The notes: generated by a model from the sequence alone, not told the origin. Shown: positions 1-13,431, numbered from the whole stretch's first letter. The stretch is 63,994 bases of DNA, filler included, from Globobulimina sp. (GCA_003354225.1; 9 parts of 9 records of this genome joined end to end with filler, not necessarily neighbours in it), one strand, 5' to 3'. Program-made: numbers and translations.

Positions 1-3000
1 CGCCGTATGGAGAGGAGCAGTGGTTGCCGCATATAACTTGCGTATTGAAGATAGAAACCATAGAGAAATCTATCCCCAGGCCGATGGCATTATATCTGTT
101 TCAGTCATAATATATCTACAAAACAAGACAATTTTATCGTGTTTCTAGACGGCAAATGCATAGAACAGAAACTATCCGTATCGTATCCTAATTTTTCCAC
201 TATAAACAACAATGGAATCTTCCCATTGCATATAGGTGGTTTTTATGGCGATATCGGACAGTCGTTCATCTATGAAACTTCGCTGAATAACTTGACAGTA
301 TCTGCCTTATATTGCGTAGGCGCCACATATAACCCACCCATATATAATCGCAGTGGTACCACCAACAATTACTTTGATCGCATCGCCGCCTTTCCACGCA
401 GTGTACGACAAAGAGCGGCTCCGATGCAGCCACGTAAATACGGCTTATGTTAGACATTATACGGCTTATATCGACGGCTTTGTGTCCATTATATTGGACA
501 CAAATTATTGGATAAAATCGCCGCAAAATGTGCAGAATATGGTGGCGCAATACATTCATACTTTGATTCAAACTCAGCCCAAGATAATGGCCAACTGTTT
601 GTCCCCAAGTTTGTCCCTAACACAAATATTCGATGCTTTTTACCAGCAATCGTTTTCCTTCCACATCAACGACACAAAGTAAGTACTATATGTATATCTG
701 ATGTGTTTTTAATACTAAATATATAAACAAAGAGTGCCCAATGCCACCGAGTCTCGCCACATAGCTTACAAATTGTTAGAATCCGCGGCAGCTTTGGCCC
801 GCTTAAAGCCGTCCACAATTAAATACAGCTCGCATCGCTCCATATCCTTATTAATCTCGCAATGCGTGGCCAAGGCCAAAGATCTACGCTGCCAAATCCT
901 CTCCACCTACGCAGAAATGTGCCACAACGCTCCCGATATCATGTTCACGCAAATGGCGCAAAAGCCTGCTTTTATCAAGGTACTATGGGATATTCTGCAA
1001 GAGAGCGACGCGGAGACCGACCACATCTCCAATCAAATCCTGACCGATACCCGCGTCAAGACCGCCAAGATCTTGATGGCTTTCATCGGCAATCAACGCA
1101 AAGTCTACAGCTCCATCACCAGTCCCACGCCCGTGGTCGTCTCCGTAGTGACGCGTAGCGGCCATGTACACAGATCCGCGTTGGACGAGCTAATCTTTGA
1201 GATCGGCGTCTCTTTAGGCTCACTGCCGCCCTCTTTAGCGTCCTATGCCTCGTTATTAGACATTGTGTTAGGCAAATTTAAGCTAAATATGCCCTCGCAT
1301 TCCAATGCCATTACTTCCTATATTCAACAGCATATCAACAGCAATAAGGAAGACAATGCGAAGCAGACCGAGCCGGAACAAAGCAACCCGGTGCCTTCAT
1401 TCTCGCGCAATAAGTCACTGAATATGAATATGATCCCTTTGGTGTCTGATAAGGATCAGATAAACTTAGTGGGCGCCTTGGGAGGTTTAATGAACTTAAT
1501 CTCAGTGAGTGCGTACAGAATACGCACCAGAATGCTGATGGATATATTGTCATTGGTCTAGACCAGCGATTGCAATCAGAAATTATTGTGCCGGCAACGC
1601 AATTCCTGGGACAAATGGATGGTGAATTTGATCTCATTGGAAGCGGATAATGACGACAGCAGCGCCTGCAATCAATTGGTGTCACAAATTGCGGCCACCA
1701 TTGTCTGGCGCTTTTTGATCAAAGACGATAAGGGTTGGATTTCTGTCATGCAGTTACTAGAGTCCTTAAATCGGAGAATATTGAATCTAATCCGTGCAGA
1801 AAAACAGATAGAAATACAACAGTCACAACAGCAGACCAATGGACATGGCCACGGCCACGAAGAGGAGCACAAACAAACCGCACAGCCGCATAAAATCTCG
1901 ACGGCAACGAAACTAAAATGCCGCGTATTGCACGAGTTTTTAGTACAAGTGTTGGTGTTGGTGCTGAATAGATTTTTAATGGACCAATTACGCTCCGACC
2001 ATGGACCCAAAGGCGGCATTATAAAACGTTCAAATATGAACGATCTATCCGACGCGTCTGAGAATATAAAATCGCGCACGTCTAAGAATTTAATATCCAT
2101 TTTGGATATCACTGAATGGGTATTATTCAATCACAGATTCAGTATGTTATCCATACCACGCATACGCTTGAAACAGGACGCCAAAGAAAGTGATATCACC
2201 GCGGAAATGTTATTTGATACTCCCGACAGTGACATCGACTACGAACCGGAGCAAATCCGCAATGAAATATTGTTATTGAAACGCTTATTATCCTGCTCGT
2301 TGAAGTTCATATCCTTCAAAAACGAGCGACAATTGGTATTGCGCCGATTGTTGCGATACTTAAAGGAAATATTACCGCACAAAGGCTGCCATTTAGTATT
2401 CGACGATGTGGTGAACGCAGCGCGCGAATTTTGTAACCGTTTGCAAACAGTGAGCAAACAAAAAGGCAAAAACAAACCGAAAATCTCCATCAAATCGGAA
2501 AACAATATGAAAACTATGCGCATTGCATACTCGTTTTTAAAAAATGCGTATTTACGCTATACACGCCGTGGCGATGACACTTCAGACAACAAAGCAAAGA
2601 AAATCCGCGCATTACAGGAGGAAGTGTATGCCTTTTGGGGCCCGTTGTTGTTTGAAGATAAAATCGATCCGAACACGGCCAATCAAATGAGTCTGCCCTT
2701 GATATCGGCAGAGGAGTCGCTGGAAAATGGGCAACATCACATCCATTCGTTGTGGGTGTTTTTGCAGCATCAGAAATGGTGGGAATACCAGTTCCAAGAC
2801 AAGAACATGAAGAAGTTCAAAATCGAGTATTCCAACCACGAGAAGGAAGAAAAGAAGAAGAAATTGAGCAACAAAGAGCAATTCGACAAGTATTACAACA
2901 GCTGCACCCACTCATTCTCTCAAGTGCACCACGCGGAAATCGCGCGCATCACTGATCTCAGCAACACCAAACGCAAAAACAAGCGCGACAATGTACGCGA

Positions 3001-6000
3001 TTTGAAGAAGTATATGGATTTCTTCGACGAGGACTTTCAATGTCGATTCCCCAATGCAGATACGCCTGATTTTTGGGAGTTGGATCCGCGCGAATCGGCC
3101 AATAACCACACCCGCTTATTGTTGGTGCGCAACTTTAAAGGCAGTAAGCATCTCCATGCCGCAGTCAATAATGGTACTCGCAAACGCGGCGTATCGCGAC
3201 CCGGTTCGGCCAGGAAAAGGAACAGCGGATCGAAGAAGCAGTGGTCGCAACTGTCGCAAGGCTTGCTGAAGGACTTGAAATTGCACGATGGCTTTCCGCA
3301 GCAGAGCCCGAATGCAATGCAGCCGCATCTGAGTGTGGAGTCCATACCGGAGGAGAAGGAGAAGCTAATGAGTGAGAGTGAGGAGGTCGAGCAGGAAGAG
3401 CAGAGTATGAGTGAGGAGGAGTTGGACGAGGAATATGTCGAAACGAATGAAAAATATCAAAGTGCCAATCTGAGTGGAAAGAAAATATTGTCGTCGTTGG
3501 ATGCTACGTCCATTTCCCCGTTTTTTAAGATTAGTGGCAAGATGTATGTGACTGAGCATCATCTGATATTTGAGGGACATGAATATATCGAAAATGTGCA
3601 TGAGCAGAATGCAGCGGATCAGATCAAGCTAACACAGCAGAGATACGACAGGGAGAAGAAGACCTTATTAATGGGCGGGAGTGACGAATATGAGTTGATT
3701 AAGCAATTAGAATCTGAAAATAAGCAGCAGTTTGAGGAGATATTGGCGTTTAAAGATAGCAATGTCGGCAATAATATCATCGAATATGAGATCTGGTCCT
3801 TGGCGCATATCAAACATTTATATCCGCGGAGGTACTTACTACGCGAGAATGGTTTGGAAATCTGGATTGCTGGCACGAGTCGCTCCTTTTTCTTTACTTT
3901 CAAGAACAGAAAGCGGCGCGGCGAGGTTATCTCTGCCATTTGCAAACATTCGCCGCGGTTTATCAAAGCCAATGCGAATAAGGATTTGCTGGTCAATCCG
4001 CTGAAGATGTTGAAACATGTCGGCTTGACGGAGAAGTGGCAGAAGCGCAAAATATCCAATTTTGACTATTTGATGGAGTTGAATGTGTTGGCTGGGCGCA
4101 GTTATAATGATATCACACAATATCCGGTATTTCCGTGGGTGTTGACAGATTATAATGGCGCCTCATCGGGTATTGATTTGACGGATGATAAGAATTACAG
4201 GGATTTGAGCAAACCCATTGGCGCGTTGAATGCAGACAGACTGCAAACGTACGTGCAGAGATACCAGGACTCATTGCAAGATACAAGCGACTCGTTCCCA
4301 TCCTTTTATTACGGCTCTCATTATATGTCTGCAGGCATCGCATTGTATTATCTGTGCAGAATGGAGCCATTTGCTACGTTGTACATCAATTTGCATGGCG
4401 GCAGGTTCGAGATCCCGGACCGGACTTTTTATTCCATCAACAATGCCTGGGATTTGTCGCTGAATAATATGGGCGATGTCAAGGAGCTGATACCGGAGGC
4501 CTTTTATTTCCCGGAGTTTTTGCGGAATATTAATAAGTTTCCTTTAGGTCACCGTTCAGGCGCTGACGGCAAGGAAGTGAACGATGTTGAATTGCCACTG
4601 TGGGCCAATGGCTCGCCAGAGGAATTTGTCCGGATTATGGGGGAAGCGCTAGAGTCAGATTATGTGTCCAGTAATTTGCATCATTGGATAGATCTCATAT
4701 TTGGTTACAAACAACGTGGGGACGCCTCGGTGACTGCGCACAATGTATTCTTCCATTTGACGTATGCCGGCGCAGTGGATCCAGATACCATCACTGATCC
4801 GACTATAAAGGCCGCCACGGAACAGCAGATCTATCATTTTGGACAGACGCCCAATATCTTATTTCATCATCCACATCCGCAGCGTGTGCATTTGACCAAA
4901 TGTTATTGGCTATGCGAGCTACATTTGCCCTGTAAAATGGACACAAAACTCGATATGTTGCATAAAAAGGAAGAGCATGAAGCACAACGCTCTCATTCCA
5001 GCCACAGTTCGCAGCAATCGATATCTTTGGATGAGCTCATCAATGAGACGGGAATTGTTAAAAACAAACCCTTCGTGATCTGTGAGTTTAAATTGGTAGA
5101 ACAACCCTCACATTTATCCATCGTCCGCAGTGGGCAATGTTTAAAAATATTCGACACTACAGAACGGATATTAACTTTTGAACTGCCAATGTTGGCGTAT
5201 TTAGATTACGCACAACCGGCTAAATCTACGCAGCTACGGACTATCATCGATACTGCGGCCACGCAGATACCGCCGGATTTGCCCATCTTTGAGTTGATGC
5301 CACCGGATTGGAGCGAGAGTATCATCTATCAAACGTTTGTGATATCCTCCAATGGGTTGTATGGCATTACTGGAGGATATCTGGACTGTTCTATCAAAGT
5401 GCATTGGTTGAAGGACGGCTCCACTTTGGCCTCGGTGACAGGATTAGAAAACGGACATAATGACATTATCACTTGTTTGGCATTGGATCATTCATCGCAG
5501 GATATGCTGATTTCGGGCGCCAAGGATGGCAGCATTGTGCATTGGAGCGCGATATTAAAGTCGGCAAAGCCAGGCAGAACGCCACTGATTGGCAAACCAT
5601 ACCGACTGCTGTCTATTCATTACGATGCGGTGCGAGTGATTGCGGTGAATAGCAAAGTGGGCATTATTGTGTCTGCAGCGGATGACGCGACCATTGCGCT
5701 ATATTCTATTGCGCGGAAACGGTTTGTCAGAGAGTTGCTGTTCGAAGGACGTGGCGATAGCACGCATTATAATTATGAGGTATTATTAATTGTTATCTCG
5801 GATAATGGATATATTGTCATACATTCTATTGATGAACGGATACCGTATTTGCGCGTATTGTCGATCAACGGCATCTTGATTCGCAAAATGAAATTAAATG
5901 AGATCTTATTTTCAATAAAAATTGATCAATCCAATAAGATGTTGATTTGTGGCGGCCAGGCATGCAAATTAACGTTTCGTTACATTCATAATCTAGAGAG

Positions 6001-6907
6001 CATTCAGGAAATGCCCATCATTGACATAAATGCCAGTGGCTCCTATCTCGCCAGTAATAAATATAAGAAACCGGCGTCGAGAAAAGCAAAGAAAAATATA
6101 AATGCGCAAAGTATTACAGATTCACTTCTGTTGAGTCCGCGGATTGATAAAAATAAAGTGAGTCATTCGAGTGCGTGGAGGCAGCAAAGATATTCGTTTG
6201 TGAATCGTGGTGATGGTGCCCAGCACAGCCGGAAAGGGTCGAAATCCAATGAATTATTTGGACAACGCAGATCGATGCTAAATAATAAAAAGAAGTCGAG
6301 CAAGTTTAACCATCTTGTTTCGCCACGGATTTCTACCCATTTTCATGGTAGGTTTCATTCCGTCGATGGCAATGCAATATTGTCGGAGTCGCGGATCATT
6401 GATTTTGATTTGGACCCAGATAATACATTTATTATTGTCGTGTTATTGAATGTGAGCATAAACGCAGTGCAATTATTAGTTTATCCGTTGCCGAATACCA
6501 GACATATTCATCAATTTAATAAATTTGTGTATTGTTCAAATAAAGTTTTACAAACTGCGAAAAATACCATATGGGAAAATATTATCAATGTGATTCAATC
6601 GGACCAATCGTCATCGACACCACATCACAATATGAAAATTTCAGAGCTATATTTCAAAAATAAATTGGATTCTACACAGACTTCACTTTTGTCGCATCCC
6701 TCATCAAAAGAAAAGATTGTTGAAACCGGCAAAAACATCATATCAAAACTTAAAAAAACTACCAATAAATTGTCAGACAGCAGCAGCCACCACAGCAACA
6801 ATAATAATAATAACAATCAACATAATAATAACGACAATAATGACTCCTCTTCAATAAATAAATTAGGGAATGCATTTAAATCTTTTTTGCCATGGAAAAA
6901 ACAGTGA
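1..6907 (+). CDS. BEACH-domain protein (neurobeachin/LRBA/LYST family): ConA-like region, PH-BEACH, BEACH and WD40 repeats; 5'-partial with disruptions near the 5' end
   Basis: BEACH signatures WQKRKISNFDYLMELNVLAGRSYNDITQYPVFPW, YGSHY, DVKELIPEAFY and WIDLIFGYKQ. PH-BEACH motif RRYLLRENGLEIW. WD40 repeats (GHNDIITCLAL, HYDAVRVIAV). GT-AG intron 679..732 joins ORFs 353..682 and 734..1561 in frame. An in-frame TAG at 1559..1561 separates that part from ORF 1586..6907. Probable frameshifts near 75 and in 330-440. Confidence 0.93.
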
Positions 6908-7083
6908 ATTATGCACATATATGTATTTTCTTTTTGTATACAAATATAAATAAATATATTGTATCATTATTATTTTGTTGTTTTTTCTTCTATTTTGTAT
7001 TTTGTTGTTTTTTTGACCCCGTTTTTGTTTATTAAGCATATGTGTTGTTTATATGAACTGTACAATCAATTAATTCCAATTTC

Positions 7084-7183
7084 NNNNNNNNNNNNNNNNN
7101 NNNNNNNNNNNNNNNNNNNNNNNNNNNTTAATTAATTAANNNNNNNNNNNNNNNNNNNNNNNNNNNNNNNNNNNNNNNNNNNN
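7084..7183. other. artificial contig spacer
   Basis: 44 N + TTAATTAATTAA + 44 N. Confidence 0.99.
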
Positions 7184-8652
7184 GCAAATGAGTGAGAAAA
7201 TAAATATATCGCGGTATTCGTTGGATGGGTAACATTAAAAAGCTCGACAAAGGTTTCATTTCCTTCCTCTTACTTTTTAAAAATTCATCTAACTTTGCAT
7301 TGCCATGAAACATACAGCCAAATAACGAACAAATGGTTTGATAATCTTTAATGTATTCAATATTGATATCAATAAACGTTTTCTTGTTTTCATCAATATA
7401 ATCTTTAAACACATTTACTGCACTTTTTTCTTCGGTATTCTCATCACTAAAATATTCAAAATGACATAACAAATCTTTATGGAACTCTAACATGTTTGGT
7501 AACGATGATCGGATCTGTTTATAATATTTTTTATCAATATATTTGTTATCAAACATTGGTTGCAATAGTTCATCCAACAATGTTTGTAAAGCCTGACAAT
7601 ATGTTTCTTCTGAGGTCACGATTTCCTGTTCTATATATTTCCTTTTTTTGTTTCTTTCTTTCATTTCAGACTTATCGTTGTTTGCAATTAAAAAAGCTGC
7701 TCTTGCGGCTCTTCGTGGCGTATTCTCCGTACTCTCTGCATCCAATTTGTCCCGAATTTCATTGATATCGTTTGGATTTGTAACAGTATGCATTGCATTC
7801 AAAATTTCGTTTCTATTATATCCAAATATTTTTAACTGAGCAATGATATCTTCATCACATTCTTTCTCATCTATTATCTCATAAATCTAAATATGAATAT
7901 ATTATATATATATAAGTTGCAATTAGTTACATTATATATAATATGTTATAAACCTTATTAAAATCATCAGCGGTGTCAGTGTCAGTATCCGTATCATTTT
8001 CTTCATCACTAAAGTCAGGAAGTAGCTGTGAGTCGATTGTCAATGATCGGATCCTGAAATTATGAAAATTGTCACTTGTAATAGCAAGTTGCATCTTTCT
8101 CTTTGACATTTTTCTCTTTCTTGTGTGTTTTTTAATACGTTTATTGAAATTATCCTCAACATCAACATCATCATCACTTGGATCAGAATCGCTGTCATAC
8201 ATTTTAAATGCATTTGTGTCACTAATTTCACTCTCATACGTTGTCGTAATTGATAAGCCACGCGTTTTTCGTGTGTTATTTAGTTTGTTTTTACGCGCAA
8301 ACTTTTGGAGCGAAGCGATGACATTTCTAATTTTAAAAACCCATATTTGTCGATCTAATTCAGAAAAAGCTTTAAAAGAACGTGACTGTGAAATGGTTTC
8401 ATCAATTAAATAGAATTTTTCCTTGATTTTGTCGTGTGTTTCTATGCGATATTCATGCATTGATAAATCAAATGTTTCCGTTGGTGTCTCATGAGCTTTT
8501 TTGCCAAATTGAATGTTTTTATAACATAATAATTTAGCTCCTTTCAATTGCATAAATCGTTTATGATATTGTTTGATATGCTTTGATTTTTTAAGTATCC
8601 AACCTTCCTTTTTCACATTATCATGATGACTGTATGCAATGTACGGTCTCAT
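7184..8652 (-). CDS. PH + Dbl-homology (RhoGEF) protein, 3'-truncated by the contig end; tandem paralog of 8730..10745
   Basis: PH domain KEGWILKKSKHIK...RQIWVFKI. DH motifs EIVTSEETY and FLMLPIQRIPRY. Phase-0 intron 7887..7953 joins ORF 7927..8652 to the DH exon in frame. Confidence 0.88.
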
Positions 8653-8729
8653 TGTGTGTTGCTGTTGTTTTCTTCTTTGAGTGAACGAGCGGATGAAAAA
8701 AAAAAACTATTTATACTATTTACAGTTGA

Positions 8730-10745
8730 TTAATCATATAACAATGCTTGCCGTCCCAATTCCTTTTTCAATGATCCTAATGTATTATTTCTTTCTCTTA
8801 ACTCATCACTCATTATTTGCACTCTCCACTTTCCGATTAATTTCTTAAATTTATTTATTGTTTTCATATCTTGCCCAATATAAACAGCACTGCCACAGCC
8901 AGTTGATACTAATGTAAATTCTGGCAATATATCGCGTCCCTTCTTATTTTTATCAACTATTTCAATCTTAACATCCAATGAACAAACTTGCAAAATATGT
9001 TTAACGTTCCATTTTTCATTGGCAATAACAATGATATCATTAAATAAGAAAAATAAGCGTTGATGTTTTATAGATTTTTTTATAAAAATAAATTGTTGAA
9101 TAAATCTTCTTTCTGCTCTAACAATTGGTTGTTTTAATCCATTTAAACCTTGTTGAATCTGCAAACATTGGGCTAAATTCTCAATATTCTCCTTCCGTTC
9201 ATTTATTTGATTTGTTATTCCTTTCATCATTTCAATTGCATCATTTATATCTGCAGAATCATTACTTTTTTCATCCACATCCATTGCTATACTCTGCTTC
9301 AAATGTTTTAATAAATATATATATCGCGGTATGCGTTGAACCGGCAATATCAACAAACTCGACAAAGGCTTCATTTCTCTTCTTTTCTCTTTTAAAAATT
9401 CATCCAATTTCACATTACCATGAAAAGTAAAACCAAACAGATTACAAATACGTTGATAATCACATATATATTTAATATTTATGTCAATAAATTGTTGTTT
9501 GTTTTGCATTATATATTCATTAAAGACATTAATCACTGTTTTGTAATTCCCGCTATTTTTATTTTTATTAAACACTTCGTTCATTTCTTTTAAAAAACTT
9601 CGATGAAATTCAAATATTTTTGGTAGTGATGATCGAATTTGGTGATAATATTTTTTATCCACAAAATTATTATCAAATATTGGTTGTATTAATTCATTTA
9701 ACAAAGTATCGACACCTTCAAAATATGTCTGTTCTGTGCCAATTATTTGTTGTTGGATAAATATTGTATTTGTATTAATATTAGTAAAGTTACAATTGTT
9801 TGTAATTTGTTCATCCAATTTATCTGTAATCTCATTGATATTTTTTGAATCAATCACATTTTGCATAGCATTCATAATATCCTTTCTGTCATAACCAAAC
9901 ACTATCAATTGCTCAATAATTGCATCATCGTCAACTTCATCTTCATCTTCTTCTTCACTTTGATCATCGGCAAAATCTTCATTTTCTTCAAGCAAAGGAT
10001 TTAATTTTGATTCATCATCATCAGATTCGTCAGATTCATCGCTAAAATCAGGTATATCAGCATCGATTGACAAGGGTTCAACGCGAAAATTTTGAAAACT
10101 GTCCAGAGTGATTTGAATATGTTGCTTACGTTTTGATATTCGTCTTTTTCTTGTTTGTATATTTTGTCGATTTTGTAAAATAGAAACATGTACAATATCC
10201 TCATGCTCATTAAAATCATTATCACTTTGTTCGGATTCACTGTCATGTAAATCTTGAATACTTTTGCTTGCAATTTCGCTCTCAAATGTGGCAGTCGCTG
10301 AGAGTGACAAACCAATTGCACGTGTTTTCGGACCTGGAGCTTTATCACTAATTTTCAAATAAAGTGTATCGAATGATATTTCTCGTGAAATTGTGATACT
10401 ATCAGTTATTTTATAAACCCATTCATTACGATCCAATTCCGAAAATGCTTTGAATGTTCGTGAATTTCTCATTGTTTCATCAATTAAATAGAATTTTTGT
10501 TTTACTGTGTTATGTTTGTCAACGCGGTATCTATGAAGCGCCAAATCAAATACTTCTGTTGGTGATTCCTTTGTTTCTCTGAATTTTTTTGTTTTATAAC
10601 AAAATAGTTTGTAGCCTTGTAATGACATCCATCGTTTACGATAATTTTTGATGTGTTTAGATTTCTTTAATATCCACCCTGTTTTCAGTATTTGGTCTTT
10701 AAAACTTGCTTGTTTTGAGTAATTTGAGCTGTTACAGTTTGCCAT
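8730..10745 (-). CDS. PH-DH-PH RhoGEF protein
   Basis: N-terminal PH (KTGWILKKSK), acidic linker, DH (QIIGTEQTY, LILPVQRIPRYIYLLKHL), then PH-like QRLFFLFNDIIVIA. Single open frame. Confidence 0.9.
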   Translation of the reverse strand: MANCNSSNYSKQASFKDQILKTGWILKKSKHIKNYRKRWMSLQGYKLFCYKTKKFRETKESPTEVFDLALHRYRVDKHNTVKQKFYLIDETMRNSRTFKAFSELDRNEWVYKITDSITISREISFDTLYLKISDKAPGPKTRAIGLSLSATATFESEIASKSIQDLHDSESEQSDNDFNEHEDIVHVSILQNRQNIQTRKRRISKRKQHIQITLDSFQNFRVEPLSIDADIPDFSDESDESDDDESKLNPLLEENEDFADDQSEEEDEDEVDDDAIIEQLIVFGYDRKDIMNAMQNVIDSKNINEITDKLDEQITNNCNFTNINTNTIFIQQQIIGTEQTYFEGVDTLLNELIQPIFDNNFVDKKYYHQIRSSLPKIFEFHRSFLKEMNEVFNKNKNSGNYKTVINVFNEYIMQNKQQFIDINIKYICDYQRICNLFGFTFHGNVKLDEFLKEKRREMKPLSSLLILPVQRIPRYIYLLKHLKQSIAMDVDEKSNDSADINDAIEMMKGITNQINERKENIENLAQCLQIQQGLNGLKQPIVRAERRFIQQFIFIKKSIKHQRLFFLFNDIIVIANEKWNVKHILQVCSLDVKIEIVDKNKKGRDILPEFTLVSTGCGSAVYIGQDMKTINKFKKLIGKWRVQIMSDELRERNNTLGSLKKELGRQALLYD

Positions 10746-10898
10746 CTTACAAAGTGTTATTTAATATTATTATTTTTTTCTTAAAAACTTGTATAGTTTT
10801 GATAAAAACTGATCAAAAACTTGCACTTAAATACATTTACTGCATGATCAATTGATCTGTATCTGTATCTGCGAATAGATGCCGCATAAGTGGCAATA

Positions 10899-12340
10899 TT
10901 AACAACTTGCTGCTTCTTGATTGTCATTTGTTTTATTGAATTGTCCAACATCATCGGGTCTTTTCTCTTTTCTTGTATGTTTAACATGATGTTCCTCAAA
11001 TGTTGGCATCTCTGATTTTTTACACATTGCCGGTAATTCACCCGTAAAAAAAGGATGTAACAATGCGTTGGCTGCAGTTATCCTTTTGTTTGGGTCGTAA
11101 ATCAATAATTTTTTCAATAAATCAACTGTTTGTTCCGTAAATATCCTTTCTTCTTCGAGTTCTTTCTTTTCCTCCTCATTATTATTAATGTTATTTTCTT
11201 TCATTTCCATTTCCATTTCCATTTCCATTCCAATATCATCATCGTTTGTTCCTTGAGTCTCAGGTTTATGTTTTCCATTCATTTCAATATCCTTTAAATT
11301 GGTAGGAAATCTATCATTAATTTTCCGTTTGTACAGCCGCCATGAAAACTTATTTGGTCCATGCGGTAAATTTGGATATTCCTTCCATTGGCCCTCTGTT
11401 GGTGTCCCTAATAAAGCAAATATCTTATTTATATTATTGAGAGTTAAGAGCACAGCGCAAGGATTTATCAATAATACAATTAAAACTTAACAAGATTAAT
11501 CTGAGCAAACTCACCATCGCCAGGGAACAGTACATTGCCAGTCAATAACTCAGCCAATATGCAACCAGTGGACCAAAGATCAATCGGTGTATTGTATGTA
11601 TTGGCAGCTAATAATAGTTCGGGTGCGCGATACCATAAAGTAACCACATAATTTGTATATTGCGCGGTGGCCAAATGTGAAGAATTAGATTCAAACTGCC
11701 GCGCCATGCCAAAATCACATATTTTTACAATGCCATTATTTGATAGCAATAAATTGGATGTTTTTAAATCTCGATGCAAAATAAACATCGAATGCAGATA
11801 ATTTATTCCATCCAATAATTGATACATTAAACATTTGCATTCATTCAAGGGCCAGTACCATTTATTTGTTTTATTTGTTTTATTATTGTTGTGCATAATG
11901 GATTGAATATCATTTGCTGCATAGTCCATAACCATAAATATGTCAACAAAATCTTTATCAATTACAACCTCTCGGACTGAGATTATATTTTCATGATTTA
12001 GGTGCGATAAAATGTTTATTTCACGCAATGATGATTGCGGGAAACCACTTCGCGTTTTATGAACTTTAATTTTTTTTAATGCAACAATGTCACCGGTTAT
12101 AATACATTTTGCTCGATGTACCACACCATACACACCCTCTGATATCACATTTAAATACTTGTACGATTTAGACACAATACGACATCCATTACGGCCAATG
12201 TCCACACGATTTGTTCCAATCCATTCTTGTTTTTCTTCAATAGTCTTAATTTGTGGGCTAAAGTCACCAATTTGTGGGCTAAAGCCATCAATATTATTAT
12301 TACCATTGCTTAACATTGGACTGTCTTCAACTTGAGTCAT
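10899..12340 (-). CDS. cyclin-dependent kinase, CDK11/CDK10 (PITSLRE)-like
   Basis: ISEGVYGVV, VALKK, GFPQSSLREINIL, HRDLKTSNLL, DFGMAR, VVTLWYRAPELL. Intron 11424..11491 gives QINL|IFALLGTP. Confidence 0.9.
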
Positions 12341-12408
12341 GAGGAGGTATTTTTATCTAACGAATTAATTTGACTACCTTAAACTAAGAAACTCCGCTAA
12401 AGACTGGA

Positions 12409-13431
12409 ATGAATACAGAGAAGCCTCTTGAACTAAGTGGTAAAATGATATCAACCGGCTATGAAAAACCAATCATAGCAAATATATCATTGACAGATGT
12501 TCATTGTGATAATAAACAACTTCATTTTCGAGCAAGATCTTTTTTAGAAGGAAGGACGCCCGAAGAACAAAAAGAAATTGCAGCCGATATGTTTAGTCAA
12601 ATGAAACAATTACAAGCGCACAATGAAGTAATGGGATATAACGGATTTAGTGAATTATTACAACGGCATGACTCAGATATGAATATAACAGGGAATCATA
12701 ATAATTATGACAGTGACAGTACTTACAGTGATTCGACGACTGTTATTAATAATATACAGAAAACCAGAAATGAAAACAGTCAAAAAGTGATATTGTCAGA
12801 AACACAACCATTAAGAAGCAAACTTGAAACAATTTCTATGTCCATTGATAAAATGCAGCAAGACTTAGAGAGTGGGAATGCACAGCAATTGAATCAAAGT
12901 TTAACGAGGATTCAAGAGCAAATAGAAGATGCTGAACATGCTATTGACTCGCATGTCGATGTTACGTTTTTAAAATATATTCAAGAAATTAAAATTAATA
13001 AAGAAAAAATAAAAAATATGGCAAAACAGAGGGAAGAAAATGAAAAGCAATACCAAATTAATAAAGATAAAGAACAGAAAAATATTATCCAAATGCAAAG
13101 ATTACGAATTGAACAATTAATCCGTGCACAATCACCACGATCGACAATTGGAGCAGTTATTGATAATGATATTCATTCCAGCATTAATACGGAGGATGAT
13201 GATGATATTTATACTATGCAAACTATGGCTATGCAATATAGCCCAATTAGCCCAATAACTCCAATTAGCCCAATTGGCTATGGTTTAAGTGAAGGACTAC
13301 AGAGACAACAGCCATTACTGAGTGATAATGCTATTAAAATTATTGGAGGTTTTGCCATTATGCTATCTGGCATTTGGACAGTTAGTAAATATATAGATGG
13401 CGGAGGTAGAGGACCAAGGTTTAAATACTAA
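12409..13431 (+). CDS. hypothetical coiled-coil protein with a C-terminal transmembrane anchor
   Basis: 340-aa ATG ORF with Q/E/K-rich heptads and a hydrophobic tail AIKIIGGFAIMLSGIWTV. Divergent from the CDK gene across 68 bp. Confidence 0.7.
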   Translation: MNTEKPLELSGKMISTGYEKPIIANISLTDVHCDNKQLHFRARSFLEGRTPEEQKEIAADMFSQMKQLQAHNEVMGYNGFSELLQRHDSDMNITGNHNNYDSDSTYSDSTTVINNIQKTRNENSQKVILSETQPLRSKLETISMSIDKMQQDLESGNAQQLNQSLTRIQEQIEDAEHAIDSHVDVTFLKYIQEIKINKEKIKNMAKQREENEKQYQINKDKEQKNIIQMQRLRIEQLIRAQSPRSTIGAVIDNDIHSSINTEDDDDIYTMQTMAMQYSPISPITPISPIGYGLSEGLQRQQPLLSDNAIKIIGGFAIMLSGIWTVSKYIDGGGRGPRFKY

